A DNA stretch of 64,000 nucleotides, from assembly GCF_004010195.1 (NCBI RefSeq), contig NC_057719.1, positions 21,218,418 to 21,282,417 of the forward strand, given 5' to 3'. Shown here one piece after another: positions 26,495 to 38,981 of the stretch. The notes below the pieces were generated by a model, which saw only the letters and a list, made by a program, of their open reading frames with translations, was not told the origin of the DNA and did not search any database. Numbering within the stretch: the stretch's first letter is position 1; the number at the start of each line of letters is the position of its first letter. The stretch is from Chiloscyllium plagiosum. Taxonomy: Eukaryota. The translations under genes were made by a program, and so were the position numbers.

Positions 26495-26632
26495 GAAAAA
26501 GTGAAGACTGCAGATGCTGGAGATCAGAGTTGAGTGTGTGGTGCTGGAAAAGCACAGCAGGTCAGGCAGGTTCCAAGAAGCAGGAGAATTGACGCTTCGG
26601 GCATGACTCATGAGAGGAATGAGTCATCAGAA
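26495..26632 (-). mobile_element. PLE-derived short element, family B
   Basis: gaaaaagtgaagactgcagatgctggagatcagag...gacgcttcgggc; TSD ttagagttgataccag (26479) / ttagtgttgataccag (26633). Confidence 0.85.
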
Positions 26633-27195
26633 TTAGTGTTGATACCAGCATTGCCAGCAGCTGTGAAGGTCCTCATGGTCACGATCCTCTAGGCGTTTGG
26701 TTCTTTCAAGATTGGTGCAGGCAACATTTGTAACTTCTTGCAATTTACCAAAAGAGGCACTCAGGAGGTCAATGTAAGTGAATCTGTATTTCACAACAGG
26801 TAAATACATCTCCTTCTCCTGTCCAAAAGCAAAGCAACAAACTCTTGCTTTTGTGAGGATTGCATGCTTCCCAGAGTTCAGGGTATCATTAGTTATATGC
26901 ACATGACTCTTCACCACCTGCCAATCCTTATATATAGTGCAACTGTAAGCGATTCAGCTCCCTCAATATCTGGCTGAAATGCACACCTAAACAGCTCATC
27001 ACAAAGGTCAAAACCAGGCATTCTGCGAGCATTTATGATTCTGCTTTTCTGCAGTTGAGAAACCAGGTCAACCAGTGGACTGAGAAACAAAGGTAATCCT
27101 TTGAGAAAACTGCATGATATCTCAGTGGTTAGCACTGCTTCCTAACAGCGCCAGGGACCCAAGTTTGATTCCAGCCTCGGGCGACTGTGTGTGGA

Positions 27196-28254
27196 TGCTG
27201 TGATTCTGTTCGCCGAGCTGGAAGTTTTTGTTGCAAACGTTTCGTCCCCTGTCTAGGTGACATCCTCAGTGCTTGGGAGCCTCCTGTGAAGCGCTTCTGT
27301 GGTGTTTCCTCCGGCATTTATAGTGGCCTGTCCCTGCCGCTTCCGGTTGTCAGTTTCAGCTGTCCGCTCTAGTGGCCGGTATATTGGGTCCAGGTCTATG
27401 TGTTTGTTGATGGAGTTTGTGGATGAGTGCCATGCTTCTAGGGATTCCCTGGCTGTTCTTTGTTTGGCTTGCCCTATAATGGTAGTGTTGTCCCAGTCAA
27501 ATTCATGTTGCCTGTCGTCTGCTTGTGTGGCTACTAGGGATAGCTGGTCGTGTCGTTTTGTGGCTCGTTGATGTTCGTGAATGCCGATCGTTAGCTGTTT
27601 TCCTGTTTGTCCTATATAGTGTTTTGTGCAGTCCTTGCATGGGATTTTGTACACTACGTTAGTTTTGCTCATGCTGGGTATCGGGTCCTTCGTTCTGATG
27701 AGTTGTTGTCTGAGTGTGGCTGAAGGACCCGATACCCAGCATAAGCAAAAGTAATGTAGTGTACCAAATCCCATGCAAGGACTGCACAAAACACTACATT
27801 GGACAAACAGGAAGACAGCTAACGATTCGCATCCATGAACATCAACTAGCCACGAAACGCCACGATCAGCTATCCTTAGTAGCCACACACGCAGATGACA
27901 AGCAACATGAATTTGACTGGGACAACAGTACCATTCTAGGGCAAGCGAAACAAAGAACAGCCAGGGAATTCCTAGAAGCTTGGCACTCATCCACAAACTC
28001 CATCAACAAACACATCGACCTGGACTCAATATACCGGCCACTACAGCGGACAGCTGAAACTGACAACCGGAAGCGGCAGGGACAGGCCACTATAAATGCT
28101 GGAGGAAACACCACAGAAGCGCTTCACTGGAGGCTCCCAAGCACTGAGGATGTCACCTAGACAGGGGAAGAAACGTTTGCAACAAAAACTTCCAGCTCGG
28201 CGAACAGAACCACAGCAACAAGCACCCGAGCTACAAATCTTCTCACAAACTTTG
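27196..28254. mobile_element. Penelope-like element, head-to-head inverted GIY-YIG + 3' end
   Basis: ORF 27714-28160 NVVYQIPCKDCTKHYIGQTGRQL..RIHEH (GIY-YIG), mirrored on the minus strand; arms 27196-27691 / 27722-28217; perfect 13-bp TSD at 27183-27195 and 28255-28267. Confidence 0.95.
27236..27269 (-). ncRNA. Minimal hammerhead ribozyme (PLE type)
   Basis: Minus strand reads CUGAGGA-U-GUCACCU-AGAC-AGGGGAC-GAAA-CGUU; mirror copy at 28144-28177 has one stem II mismatch. Confidence 0.7.
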
Positions 28255-29367
28255 GACTGTGTGTGGAGTTTGCACATTCTCGAGTGCCTGCGTGTGTTTC
28301 CTCCAGGTGCTCCGGTTTCCTCCCACAATCCAAAGATGTGCAGGCCAGGTGAATTGGCCATGCTAAAATTGCCCATAGTGTTCAGAGATGTGTAGGTTAG
28401 GTGCATTGGTAAGGGCTAAATGTAGGATAACAGGGTAGGGGAATGGTTCTGGGTGGGTTACTCTTCGAAGAGTTGGTGTGGGCTTGTTGAGCCGAAGGGC
28501 CTGTTTCTACACTGTAGGGATTCTATGAAAATTCTATTCTATGAATATGCCTCATGACACTGGCATGTAGACATGTGGCCAACAAGTATGAAACAAAAGT
28601 TATGATGCCACAACATATGATAGCCCAGATCATTGTAATTTTAAACAATGTTTCTGCTTCCCTTGTGGCTGTAGAGAGCCTACAGGACTTGACATAAAGT
28701 TGCCCGATATGAAACCTCACTCTTATGAAGGTGTGACATTTATCATTTTATATATGAGGAGGAAGGGAATGACGAAAAGGACGAGTAAGAAAGAGAGGAT
28801 GAGTTGAACGAAGGGAGGGATGTGACGAAGGAAAGAAGCAGGCAAACAGCTCAGATCTTTTCTGACCGGGTAGTGAAGCTGATCAGGTGTCTCAGAATGA
28901 GCAACAATGTTTGTTTCTCTGGCTTTACTGTCTTCTGATCTTCCAATTCTTGATACTTCACCGCTATCTGAACAGGCTGCAGTTTATGGACATCTGAATA
29001 GATACAGGCACATGGCTAAGAGATGTTGAGAGGAGGAAAAAGAAAGCATTCTTTCAGCATCTGTGGGTTGTAAATCTGATGAGATTATGGGATGAATGGC
29101 AAGTGAGCTGAGAGTAAGAGGATTGGGGTTGAGTACATTGTGATCATCAATGGTTCTGGCTCCAACACTAGATACACACTCAGTCATGGTGATGTCAGTC
29201 ATTGACAAAGCACCCTCTCTTAAGGACGTATAGCTATACTTGTCCTCTGCCAGTTATACGACCTCATCTATGAGAGGGGGATTGAGGTACATTAGATGTG
29301 GGTGATGTGTCTATTGGTTGTAGTATGTCCAAGCTGTGAAATATGGTTCAGAGACTTGCTGAATCTG

Positions 29368-29568
29368 CTAGGGTGAGATGAAGCTCTGAATTTTTTTATA
29401 AGAGTGACAATTAATAAAGACAGCTATCAAGCAATAGGTGAACTTTTGGTGCAGTTGATAGAATGTGGTATTTGATCGTACATTCATTCGTTTGACTACT
29501 TGTGTGATATTTCCGAACTCCAGTAGCTTATTCAGGTCGTCAGGGCTAAAATCCTGGAATGGACTCAC
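29368..29568 (-). pseudogene. Probable decayed Harbinger Myb/SANT-like DNA-binding ORF
   Basis: FSPDDLNKLLE...QVVKRMNVRS...QLHQKF resembles the Myb-like FS..DL..LLE...VA..VN..S...QC.KKF pattern; convergent with the transposase remnant. Confidence 0.45.
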
Positions 29569-29809
29569 ATGTCTATCTAGTTCTAAATCCTTTACTTAAC
29601 CACATGCTCCAACCAGATTGATCCCACACAAGAACAACAAGTTGGCAGGTTTTAAGAATTGCAGACTGGCTTGTACTCATTCCATCTGTGAGAATTTTGA
29701 GTCTCTTATTCACTAACATGCTTAGCACTGTCCATACATTACAATGGTTTAAATGAGTAGGCAGTATAATGTTTGCATGATGTCCCCATCAGGAGCAATG
29801 GACATGGGC

Positions 29810-30225
29810 TCTGAAGATACATTGGAGAAGTTAGAACTCATTTTCATAGTGAAAAGAAAGTTGCTTGGAGATTTTGAGTTATACAAACGCATGGACAGTC
29901 TGGACAAAGTCAATAGGGAGAAGATGTCTCTGCTCATGGAGCAGAACGTAGAAGTCACAGATTGAAGGTAATTGGCAAAAGAAGCAAGAGTGACAAGAGG
30001 AGAAACTTCTTCGCACAGGAACTGGTTAAGAGCTGGAATGCATTGGCTGACAGCATGACAAAGGCAGGTATAAGTGAAGCAGTCAAAAGGAAATTAAACT
30101 GTCATTTGAATGTTCAAGGTTAATGGGAAAAGGCAGGAGAATAGCTGTAGGTGAGATGATCATTTGAAGAGCCACTGCAGACACAAAGAACTGAATGGAC
30201 TCCCTCTATAACAATTCTGCAATTC
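29810..30225 (+). mobile_element. Old CR1 3' fragment
   Basis: LEKLELIF..KRKLLGD in ORF 29753-29965; gagctggaatgcattg; CR1 3' UTR. Confidence 0.65.
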
Positions 30226-30661
30226 TGAGTTAATTGTACATCACAACTCCCAAGCCCATTTTCAGGATTTACCGAATTTCAAGGCTAACTTTGCAGTAAG
30301 GTTCAATGTGTTGTTTACTCTTTTTGAGTACAAGATAGTTTCCCATCATTGGAAACTCGGTGTTTTAATAAATTTATGTTTAATTTATTTTTCTGTTTTA
30401 TTGTGAACTCCATCACCAGAGCAGCTTGATGCCTTCTTGAATCTATCATTTATCAAATTGCTCTATTTAAACTGAATAAGTTACAATTTGATAGCTTGTC
30501 CCAGACAGGAGATTCATAAACAAAACTAAAGCACATGGGATTGCAAATGACTTAATAAGCAGAAAATAGAGTATAGCAATAAATGGATCATTCTCGGGCA
30601 GGCAGGCTGTGACCAGTGGAATATCACAAGGATCAATACTTGGGGCCCTAGATGTCCCTCA

Positions 30662-31822
30662 AATAGAGTCAGAGTCGTAAAGCATGGAAACAGACCATTC
30701 AGTCCAATTCATCCATGCCGACCAAGTTTCCCAAATACTCTCATTTGCCTGCATTTGGCCCATATTCCTCAAAACCTTTCCTATTCATGTACCTATCCAA
30801 ATGTCTTTTAAATGTTCTAATGTACCTGCATCTACTGTTCCCTCTGGCAGTTAATTCCACATATGAACCCTGGTCTGTCTGAAAAAGTTGCTCCTCAGGT
30901 GTCTTTTAAATTATTTACTTAACTATGTGATCTGCCTGTATTGCTCGCAAGACAAAGCTTTTCAGTGTGCTTTGGTACACTTGACAATAAATTCAATTCA
31001 ATTCATCTGTATGCAGTACTCCAAATGTGGCCTCACCAACTGCAATATGACATCTCAAAGCCAATACTCAATGGCCTGAGCAATGAAGGCAAGTGTGCCA
31101 AACACCTTCTTTGCCACCCTGTCTACTTGAGATACAACTGTCAAAAAACTATGTAACTGAACACCTGAGTTTCTTTGTTCGGCAGCACTCCCCAGGACCT
31201 TGCCATTAACCATATAAGTCCTGCCCTTGTTCATCTTACAAAAATGCAGCACCCTGTATTTATCCAAATTAAACTCCATCTGCCATACACTGGCCCAATT
31301 GATTGGCCCGTTTGATATCTAATATAATCTTCCTCACTGTCCACAACCCCAGCAATTTTGGTATTATCAACCATCCTACTAACCACGCTTCCTAAATTCT
31401 CATCCAAGTTGTTTATATAAATGACAAACAGCAGTGGACCAGCACCAGTCTCTGTGGAACAGCTCTGGTCAAAAAACAACCTTCCACCACTTCCTTCTGT
31501 CTCCTAACTTCAAGCCAATTTCGTCGAATTGGCAAGCACTCCATGAATCCTATATGTTCTAACATTACTAACCAGTCTGCCAAGAGGAACCTTATCAAAG
31601 GCTTTACTAAAGTCCACATAGACAATGTCTACTGCTCTATCCTCTTTGTCATATTCTCAAGAAACTCAATCAAGCTTGTGAGATATGATTTCCCATGCAT
31701 CAGGCCATTCTGAGTATCCCTAATCATTCCTTGCCTCTCCAAATGTATGTGAAACCTATCTTTCACAATCCCCTCCAACAACTTATCCACAACTGATGAT
31801 GGGCTCACAGGTCTATAGTTCC
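30662..31822 (-). mobile_element. HER1-related CR1 LINE with internal deletion
   Basis: 3' tail gagtcagagtcgtaaagcatggaaacagacc; ORFs 31055-31279 and 31231-31479 (GPLLFVIYINNLDE, MEFNLDK). Confidence 0.85.
30915..31005 (+). mobile_element. Rex1/Babar-type 3' tail
   Basis: gatctgcctgtattgctcgcaagacaaagcttttcagtgt...caataaattcaattcaattc matches the tail of the Rex1 element at 63960-64000. Confidence 0.65.
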
Positions 31823-32374
31823 CATGCAGCCTTTAGAAATCAATAATTTGGAGGTGCGGATCAATTATAACAATCCCAAGTTTGCAGATGATACAAAACT
31901 TGATGAGAATGTGAGGGATGATGTAAAGAGACAGGTTGACTGAGTGGACAAGTATATGCCAGATGGGATATAATATGAATAAATATCAAGGTATCTATTT
32001 TGGTAGGATGAATGATTGTGCAAAGTATTGAATACTTTTGAAGTTCAAAGGAACCTAGCAATCCTTATTCCCAAGAAACCAAGAGTTAGCGTGCAGGTAC
32101 AGTAAGCAATTTGGAGGCAAACAGCATGCTAGCCTCTTTTGCAGGAGAATTTGAGTACAACAACAAAGTCAGAGAGTGACACAGCACAGAAGATACCCTT
32201 CAGCCCATCGAGTCTGCACAAACCTAACTATACTCCCCCACTTCCCATCGCGTGGCCCACAGCCTTGAATGTTATGATGTTTAAAGTGCTCATCTATATA
32301 TTTTATAAACATTGGAAAGTCCCCCACCTCTACTAACCTCCCAGGCAGTGCAATCCAGATTTCGTCAAATGTTG

Positions 32375-33232
32375 GATGACACCAGGTTATAGTCCAACAG
32401 GTTTATTTGAAGTCACAAGCTTTCGGAGCATTGCCCCTTCATTAAGTGAAGTGAGAGAGAAGCACAAAGGCACAAAATTCATAGGCAGTGAGATCAATGG
32501 GCAGAGAGATCAAAAGACATTACAAATGGTATGAGTGGACTGTTGAATAATAGGTCCCTGCAGGTGATCAAAAAGGTCAAACAGTGTGAGTAAAATGTCA
32601 ACAGCTGAAGAACAAGTGAAGGGATGACCTCCAAGCCGATTAAATGAGGCAGAGAGATAATTACAAAAAATTAAAAATAAGGTGGTGCGGAAGATAAACC
32701 AAATGATTGGAATAACATGATAGGTATAAGATTCACATGCTGAGGATCTAACCTCAGTAATAAGTAATCCAAAACTGTACAAACTAATTAAGGTAGAAAG
32801 ATCATAACAATTTTTCAAGGTGATTGTGTCAAAACAAGACAGTAAAGAAGATTTTTACAGATACAGAACTAATTTTTGTGTTTTGTAACTATCTCTCTGC
32901 CTCATTTAATCAGATTATAGGTCATCCCTCTGCCTTCTTTTTAGCTGCTGACACTTTACTCACACTGCCTGACACTCTTGATCACCTGCAGAGATCTATT
33001 ATTTGACCTGTCGACACTACACTCACACCATGTGTATGATCTTTTGATCTCTCTGTCCATTAATCTCTCTGTCTATAAATTCTGTGACTGTGCACTTCTC
33101 TCTCAGTTCACCTGATAAGGGGCAATCCTCTAAAAGCTTGTGATTCCAAATCAACCTATTGGACTATAACCTGATGTCGTCTGACTTCTGACCTTCTCTA
33201 CCCCAATCCAACACTGGTCCCTCCACACCATT
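32375..33232. mobile_element. Long PLE-derived fold-back element related to family A, inserted in a CR1 3' end (32170-32360 / 33235-33480, minus)
   Basis: IR arms ~32378-32675 / ~32873-33178; termini caccaggttatagtccaacag / ttggactataacctg; ORFs 32510-32818(-) and 32824-33006(+) share FCNYLSASFN. Confidence 0.85.
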
Positions 33233-33559
33233 CTAGATTTCCACCACACTATTTTCTTCAATTCCTTTCTAAATGTCTTATCCTTCACCTTAAAATTATA
33301 CCCCCTCATTATTAACCTTTAAGCATATGGGGAACAGCTGCTTTCTATACTTTCTGCCCATGCATCTCATAATCTTATACATGTCAATCAGATACACCTT
33401 CAATGTCTCTGCTTCAAAGAAAACAACCCAAGCGTACTTACCATGTCGCCAAAAGCTAAGATGCTCAGTCCCAGGCAATATCTTGTGAAAGAAGTCTTTC
33501 TTTAATTTACAGAAGATCACCGAGACTGTGCTTGTAGAATGATGTGCAGTTTTGATAAG

Positions 33560-34035
33560 AAATGATACTCGGCATAAAGGGAGTGCAGTGCGACTGTCCA
33601 TTGAGTAGTAGTTGGAAATACTGGACCTGTACTTACTAGAGTTAGCTGAATGAGGGGGAATCTCATAGAAACTTATAACATTCTTCAAGGAATAGACAGA
33701 GTCGATGCAGAAAGGAACCTTTCCTTGGTTATAGGGTCCAGAACAATGGGACACAGACACAGAATACAAAGCAATCCATTTAGGACCAAGATGAGGACAA
33801 GTTCCTTCACTCGGAGGACAGTGAAATTTGAAATTCATTACCTCTGACTGATGTGGATTAGAATTAGAATTCATTGTACAAATTCAAGACAATGATTGAT
33901 GGATTCTTATGACGAATGGCATCAAGGGAGATGGAGATCACTCAGGAATATGGTACTGAGGTCGATGATCAGCCATGTTCTGTAAATGGAAGACCAGGTT
34001 CAAGGGCCTGAATGGCTGACTCCTAATCCTATCTT
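33560..34035 (+). mobile_element. CR1 3' fragment
   Basis: ORF 33650-33847 MRGNLIETYNILQGIDRVD...SRTMGH; CR1 3' UTR. Confidence 0.8.
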
Positions 34036-34557
34036 CATCTCAAATTTTCATTAAAAACTTTTTGTGTCATCTGGATGCAGCATCTGAGGAAAATCAATGA
34101 GGAAGGTCTGTGTCTGTGTCTGCAGCTAATTTCCCATCTGTTGATGTAAACAAACGGGGAAAAGAAAAGACAGACTGTATGAAGGACTTGTGATCCTCCA
34201 TATCTACTTTTCCTTTTCTATGCTCAGGCAACTCAGCATGTCGATATTCCCACCTCCCTCTCTATGCTTGGAAAGATGGATTTGGTTCTAACCAGACATA
34301 CAATTTTTTAAAAAGTCTGAAACTTATATTGCATCTAGTTAACAGCTCATGATGAATCACAAATGATGACCTGCTAATTAGATTAACACAGTTATATTGA
34401 TTATCTGTAAGTACTGGGTGCCAACAATCAATGTGTTCTGTATAGAATGGTATTTTGAAACGTATGGCCTATTTAAAGTTTGCTTTATAACTCTGAGTTA
34501 GCTTCAAGTAGGCTTCTTCTAACTGGCAGCCATCCCAATTTAAGCTTACATCTTAGT

Positions 34558-34861
34558 GGGCGGCACGGTGGCACAGTGGTTAGCACTGCTGCCTCACAGC
34601 ACCAGAGACCCGGGTTCAGTTCCCGCCTCAGGCGACTGACTGTGTGGAGTTTGCACGTTCTACCGTGTCTGTGTGGGTTTCCTCCGGGTGCTCCGGTTTC
34701 CTCCTACAGTCCAAAAATGTGCAGGTCAGGTGAATTGATTGCCCATAGTGTTAGATGCAGGGGTAAATGTAGGGGAATGGGTATGGGTGGGTGCGCTTCG
34801 GCAGGTCAGTGTGGACTTGTTGGGCCGAAGGGCCTGTTTCCACACTGTAAGTAATCTAATC
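34558..34861 (+). mobile_element. HE1-like V-SINE
   Basis: gggcggcacggtggcacagtggttagcactgctgcc head, V-domain, tail; CpGs retained (young copy). Confidence 0.92.
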
Positions 34862-35117
34862 TCGGCTTAAACCAAGCAGAACTCATTCTGAGTGGTGAAA
34901 ACTGCCACCAACCTAACTGCACACTTAGCAACAATTGGCAAATATGAAATTTATTGAAAGGTTTTTTTCTCTCAACAATGAATACTCGAGAAACCAAGGG
35001 CTGAGGCCCTCCATGTTTAAAATCGGGCAGAAATCAAGAGTTCACAAATTGAAACATGTAGCTCAACATGTGACAGGGGAAAAAAATAAATAGCACTTCT
35101 GCAGCACTGTGGCTCAG

Positions 35118-35455
35118 TGGAGGTCGACATGGTGGCTCAGTGGTTAGCACTGCTGCCTTACAATACCAGAGACCCAGGTTCAATTCCTCCCTCAGGTGAC
35201 TGTCTGTATGGAGCTTGCACACGCTCCCCATGTCTGTGTGGGTTTTCTCTATGTGCTCCAGTTTCCTCCCACAATCCAAAGATGTGCAGGTCAGTTGAAT
35301 GGGCCATGCTAAATTGCCCATAGTGTTAGGTGCATTAGTCAGGGGTAAATATGCAGTATGGGAATGAGTCTGGGTGGGTTACTCATCAGAGGGTTGGTGT
35401 GGACTTGTTGGGCCAAGGGGCCTTTTACCATACTGTAGGAAATCTAATCTAATCA
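35118..35455 (+). mobile_element. HE1-like V-SINE
   Basis: Head, V-domain and tail tctaatctaatc. Confidence 0.9.
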
Positions 35456-35849
35456 ATCCATAAAAGATCACGAACAGAATCTTGGAGCCTGTTTAGCAAG
35501 ATGCAGGAAAAAGCCATTTTTTTCTTTAGATCTGGGGTTCAGTCCAAAGCTATTAGGATCATTAGTTGGATCAGTTTGGTCAATTTAATATTGCAGTCCA
35601 TTATCTGTAACATCACGTAAATATAAGCACAGTGTTAGGTATTTCTGCAGTCAAACCAGGAACACAGCTCAACTTTGATTTGCTGCATTGGTTCAGACAG
35701 TCTCTATTGAGAGCCCAGGCTGGAGTTTTCAAATTCCTGTTCCTCTTTGATGCAGTCTTTCTCACCATTTTGAACTTTGGGAACAATAGCCACTGAAATC
35801 AGAAGTTGAAATATGAAGTAAACCATCATCTACTAGTTTGAACGGATAG

Positions 35850-36470
35850 ATCTGCAGATGCTGTAATTCAGAAATAAAAACAGAAATTGCTGGAAAAGCT
35901 CAGCAGTCTGACATCGCCTGTGAAGAGACATCAAAGTTAACATTTCAGGTGAAGTGACCTTTCCTGAGAACTGATGGTTGCTCGGAAAATGTTGATTTAC
36001 ATACAGAAGATAGGATGGGAAGGAGATGGTAAGGATTAAACAATAGTTAGGGATGGAACCCAAAGAGAGAGAACAGTTGGACAGACAAAGGAGGTAAAAA
36101 CAATGACTGCAGATGGTGGAAACCAGATTCTGGATCAGTGGATAATGCCTTCATTACAAAGGAGTGGATAATGGTTTGGCTGGGAGGTTGAGTAGCCATT
36201 ATTTGAGACTGTTATTGGCTAACAATGGGTTGGGTGTAACAGCAGACTATGAGATAACAAGTTCTGGTGTGCGGGGATTGGGGTAAAGACACGGGAGGGC
36301 TCAAGCCCTAAAGTTGTTGAAATCAATATTGAGTCCAGAAGGCTGCAGAAAATGAGGTGATGTTCTTCCGGCTTGCACTGAGCAAAGCTGGAGCACTACA
36401 GCAAGACTGAGACAGAGATGTGGCCAGGGAACTGGGTGGTGTGTTAAAGTAGCAAGCAATTGGAAGCTCT
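35850..36470 (-). mobile_element. Penelope-like 3' end / pLTR
   Basis: Reverse complement of 59530-60110 (ctgcagatgctgtaattcagaaataaaaacagaaattgctggaaaagctcagcag...aatattgagtccagaaggctg). Confidence 0.75.
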
Positions 36471-36599
36471 ATTAATTTATTTCTTTTGATATTTACATTT
36501 GGCTGTGGGTTCATGAAAGGCTATCACGGTCAAGTACAATTTTCCAATGATCATTAACTCCAAACTTGATGGGTTTACAGGGCAGAAGATAAGACTTAA

Positions 36600-36790
36600 A
36601 GAAAATGCTGGCTGTACTCAGCGGGTCTAAAAGCAACTGTGCAAAGGGAAGCAGAGTTAATATTTCAAATTGACAACCTTTCATTGCAGACCTGAATTGT
36701 TATGTTTCTTTCTCATAGATGCTGTCAGACCTGCTGAATATTGCCAGCATAAAAGATTTTCAAGTCCAGCATCAACAGTAATTTGTTCAT
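36600..36790. mobile_element. Decayed PLE-derived fold-back element
   Basis: atgctggctgtactcagcgggtct (36605) inverted against agacctgctgaatattgccagcat (~36727-36750). Confidence 0.55.
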
Positions 36791-36859
36791 GCATTAAATT
36801 CAACAAATTATTTCAAAGGCACCCAGCTAAGCAAATCACAGATTTGGCATATCAGTTTT

Positions 36860-37010
36860 TCTCTGTAAAGAAGTTAAGAATGACACTCCTTTTTCATATT
36901 GAGGGAGCACTGCATCGTTGAAGGTGAGACATTAAACCAAAGTCCCATTTACTTTCTTAAGGGACATCGTAGAAAAATCTACTGAATAAGAAATTCCCCT
37001 TGGCTGATCA
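36860..37010 (+). mobile_element. Deu-domain SINE fragment
   Basis: gagggagcactgcat...tgagacattaaaccaaagtccc resembles the DeuSINE core. Confidence 0.45.
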
Positions 37011-38981
37011 TAATCCAAACTTACATCTGACAGTCACCTCACTCTTGGTCATTTAGTACACCCTGTCTTGACAGAGATAGCCCATGCCAAATACTTGCTG
37101 AGTCCTGAACATAGCCCAGAGCAGAGGTTAGGCATCCAGAAATCACCATCCAGGGCTCCACAATCCCATCCTGGAAAGTTAGGAGCATATTTTGATTCCA
37201 GTTTGGTTTTGAGCCATTCTAGCAGTGACCTGCTGAAGTTCCAGAAGAATTTTGACTCAGTAGCATTCAGTGGTGAATCTGTAGAACTCAATGCCACAGA
37301 AGGGCTATGGAGACCTAGTAATTAAAACAGAGATACATAGGTTCCTGATTAGTTAGGGGATCAAAGGTATTGGGGAGAAGGCTGGAGAATGAGGTTGAGA
37401 AACATATCAGCCATATCAGAATGGTGCAGCAGACCAGATGGGCTGAATGGTCTAATTCTCCTCCTGTCCCTTATGGTCTTATGCAATTGTTGCATTCTTT
37501 GTGAACACCCAATTTTGATGCAGAAGGCATTTATCATCCTATTGTGGTGGGTCTTTGCTAGAGCCATCAAATTTGACACACACGCCTGGCCTTGATACAT
37601 AATCCCGTAACTTTTTCCGCTACATGTTACCAAAACAGAAGATCCCACAGGATCCTTTGGGAACGATCCTGCTTACTTTCCATACTAATAGTCCCCATAA
37701 ACAAAAAGGAAATCTGTCAAAATTCAAAGCAACATTAAACATTATTGCACATCTGTTGTAACGCACAACGTACTTCAAGAGTGAAATAAAAGCAAATTGC
37801 AGTCACCACTTTATTTCAAGGTCACTGCAGAACAATAATTTGTACTTTTTGAACTTAAGAAGGTGCAACTATTTTATCCACCCCTGCTGTACAAACCTGA
37901 TGTTTGATGTTGTTGAAATACTGTTGTGTTGGCTGACACAAAGGGACATTTTTATTGAACAGGAAATGAAAATCTGATTTATGGAATTCTGTTCCCAAGA
38001 CGCATAAGCCATGTAATATTTTGCTGTGGTATTTACACCACTGATTGAATCAGTATGGTAACAAGGGGCCTGTAATATTGTCGGAGTGCCATTTCACTTT
38101 CTCACAGCTTCGCATGTTCATTGTTAATACACGGCAGAGATCAAACTGCAGATGTACGCTGTCAAAATTGATTAACTTCAAAACAGCTTATTTTCTTTAA
38201 GATAAAGTGTCAAATATATATCCTGAAGACAAAATAATAGCGAAAGAAGAAACTGGGAATGGACGGGGGAATAGATGTTTGTCTTTGCCATCTACACGTC
38301 GCCTGGTGGAGGTTATGGAGGTCGGGGTGAAGCACTGAAATGAAAACGTTGGCAGGGAGGATTGGATTCCAGGGATGTAGCCTTGCCAATTTTCCTTCCA
38401 TTTAAATCAATGGAAGAGAATAAGGTGACCTTCTTTGCAGGCTTGCAATTGTCTCTGCTTGATTGCACTCATTGTTCCCACACAGAAGTCATGCTTTAAC
38501 ACTTAAATAGTAAAGATGAAAAACTAGCCCACTGTCTTGGAATTTGAGTCTGAAGTTGTTCAATTAAATCCCACTTCAGGCCAATGTATAGGCCGTCTTG
38601 GTCAAAATAGCTGTCTTATTAGTACTCCTGCACATTGGATAAGACCTCAAGAAAAGAAACCTGTGTCCAAATGGATATTAAAAGTATTATTTAAGGAGTT
38701 GATCTCCACACGAACAAAATGTTATTGTTGTCAAGTTTACAAACATAATGACTGCCATTACATGTCAATCTGAATCACTGCTCAAGCTCTCAGATCATCC
38801 TATGACTATCAGGTTTTCTTTTGTAATCAGAAGTATTAGCTTGTAGTGCAGGATTAAAAGGGAGTAGACAGGCTATAGCAAATACAATGACAGGAGGAGC
38901 TCATCAGCCTCCTGGCTCTGTCTTCAAGTAAGTGGTAGCTGATCTCCTCCTCAATTCCATGAATTACCTTCCATATACGAG

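Larger units (their letters stand above)
27118..28525 (+). mobile_element. HE1-like V-SINE split by a Penelope insertion
   Basis: Head 27118-27195 and body/tail 28255-28525 rejoin at the duplicated gactgtgtgtgga. Confidence 0.9.
26660..28880 (+). mobile_element. Decayed PIF/Harbinger DDE transposase (split by HE1 + Penelope insertion)
   Basis: GSFKIGAGNICNFLQF (~26699), IACFP-RVQGIISYMH (~26860; cf. IAGFPRVQGAIDCTH), NCKRFSSLNIWL (~26941; cf. NRKGFHSLNVQL); after the insertion LMT and LKQCFC remnants and an acidic tail (~28755-28830). Confidence 0.7.
30470..32160 (+). mobile_element. Old CR1 RT fragments (30470-30655 and 31865-32160) split by a younger CR1
   Basis: VTSGISQGSILGP at ~30608; KFADDTKL at ~31878. 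Confidence 0.6.

Noticed and set aside
27253..27996. Longest ORF (247 aa) as a host gene
   Set aside because: Read-through of the antisense Penelope arm into the sense GIY-YIG arm; an artefact of the palindrome
33296..33874. 192-aa ORF
   Set aside because: Fusion of antisense and sense CR1 fragments
37049..37325. Overlapping ORFs as an exon
   Set aside because: KLGAYFDSSL weakly resembles L2 RT C-terminal NLGVIFDSSL; no convincing splice sites
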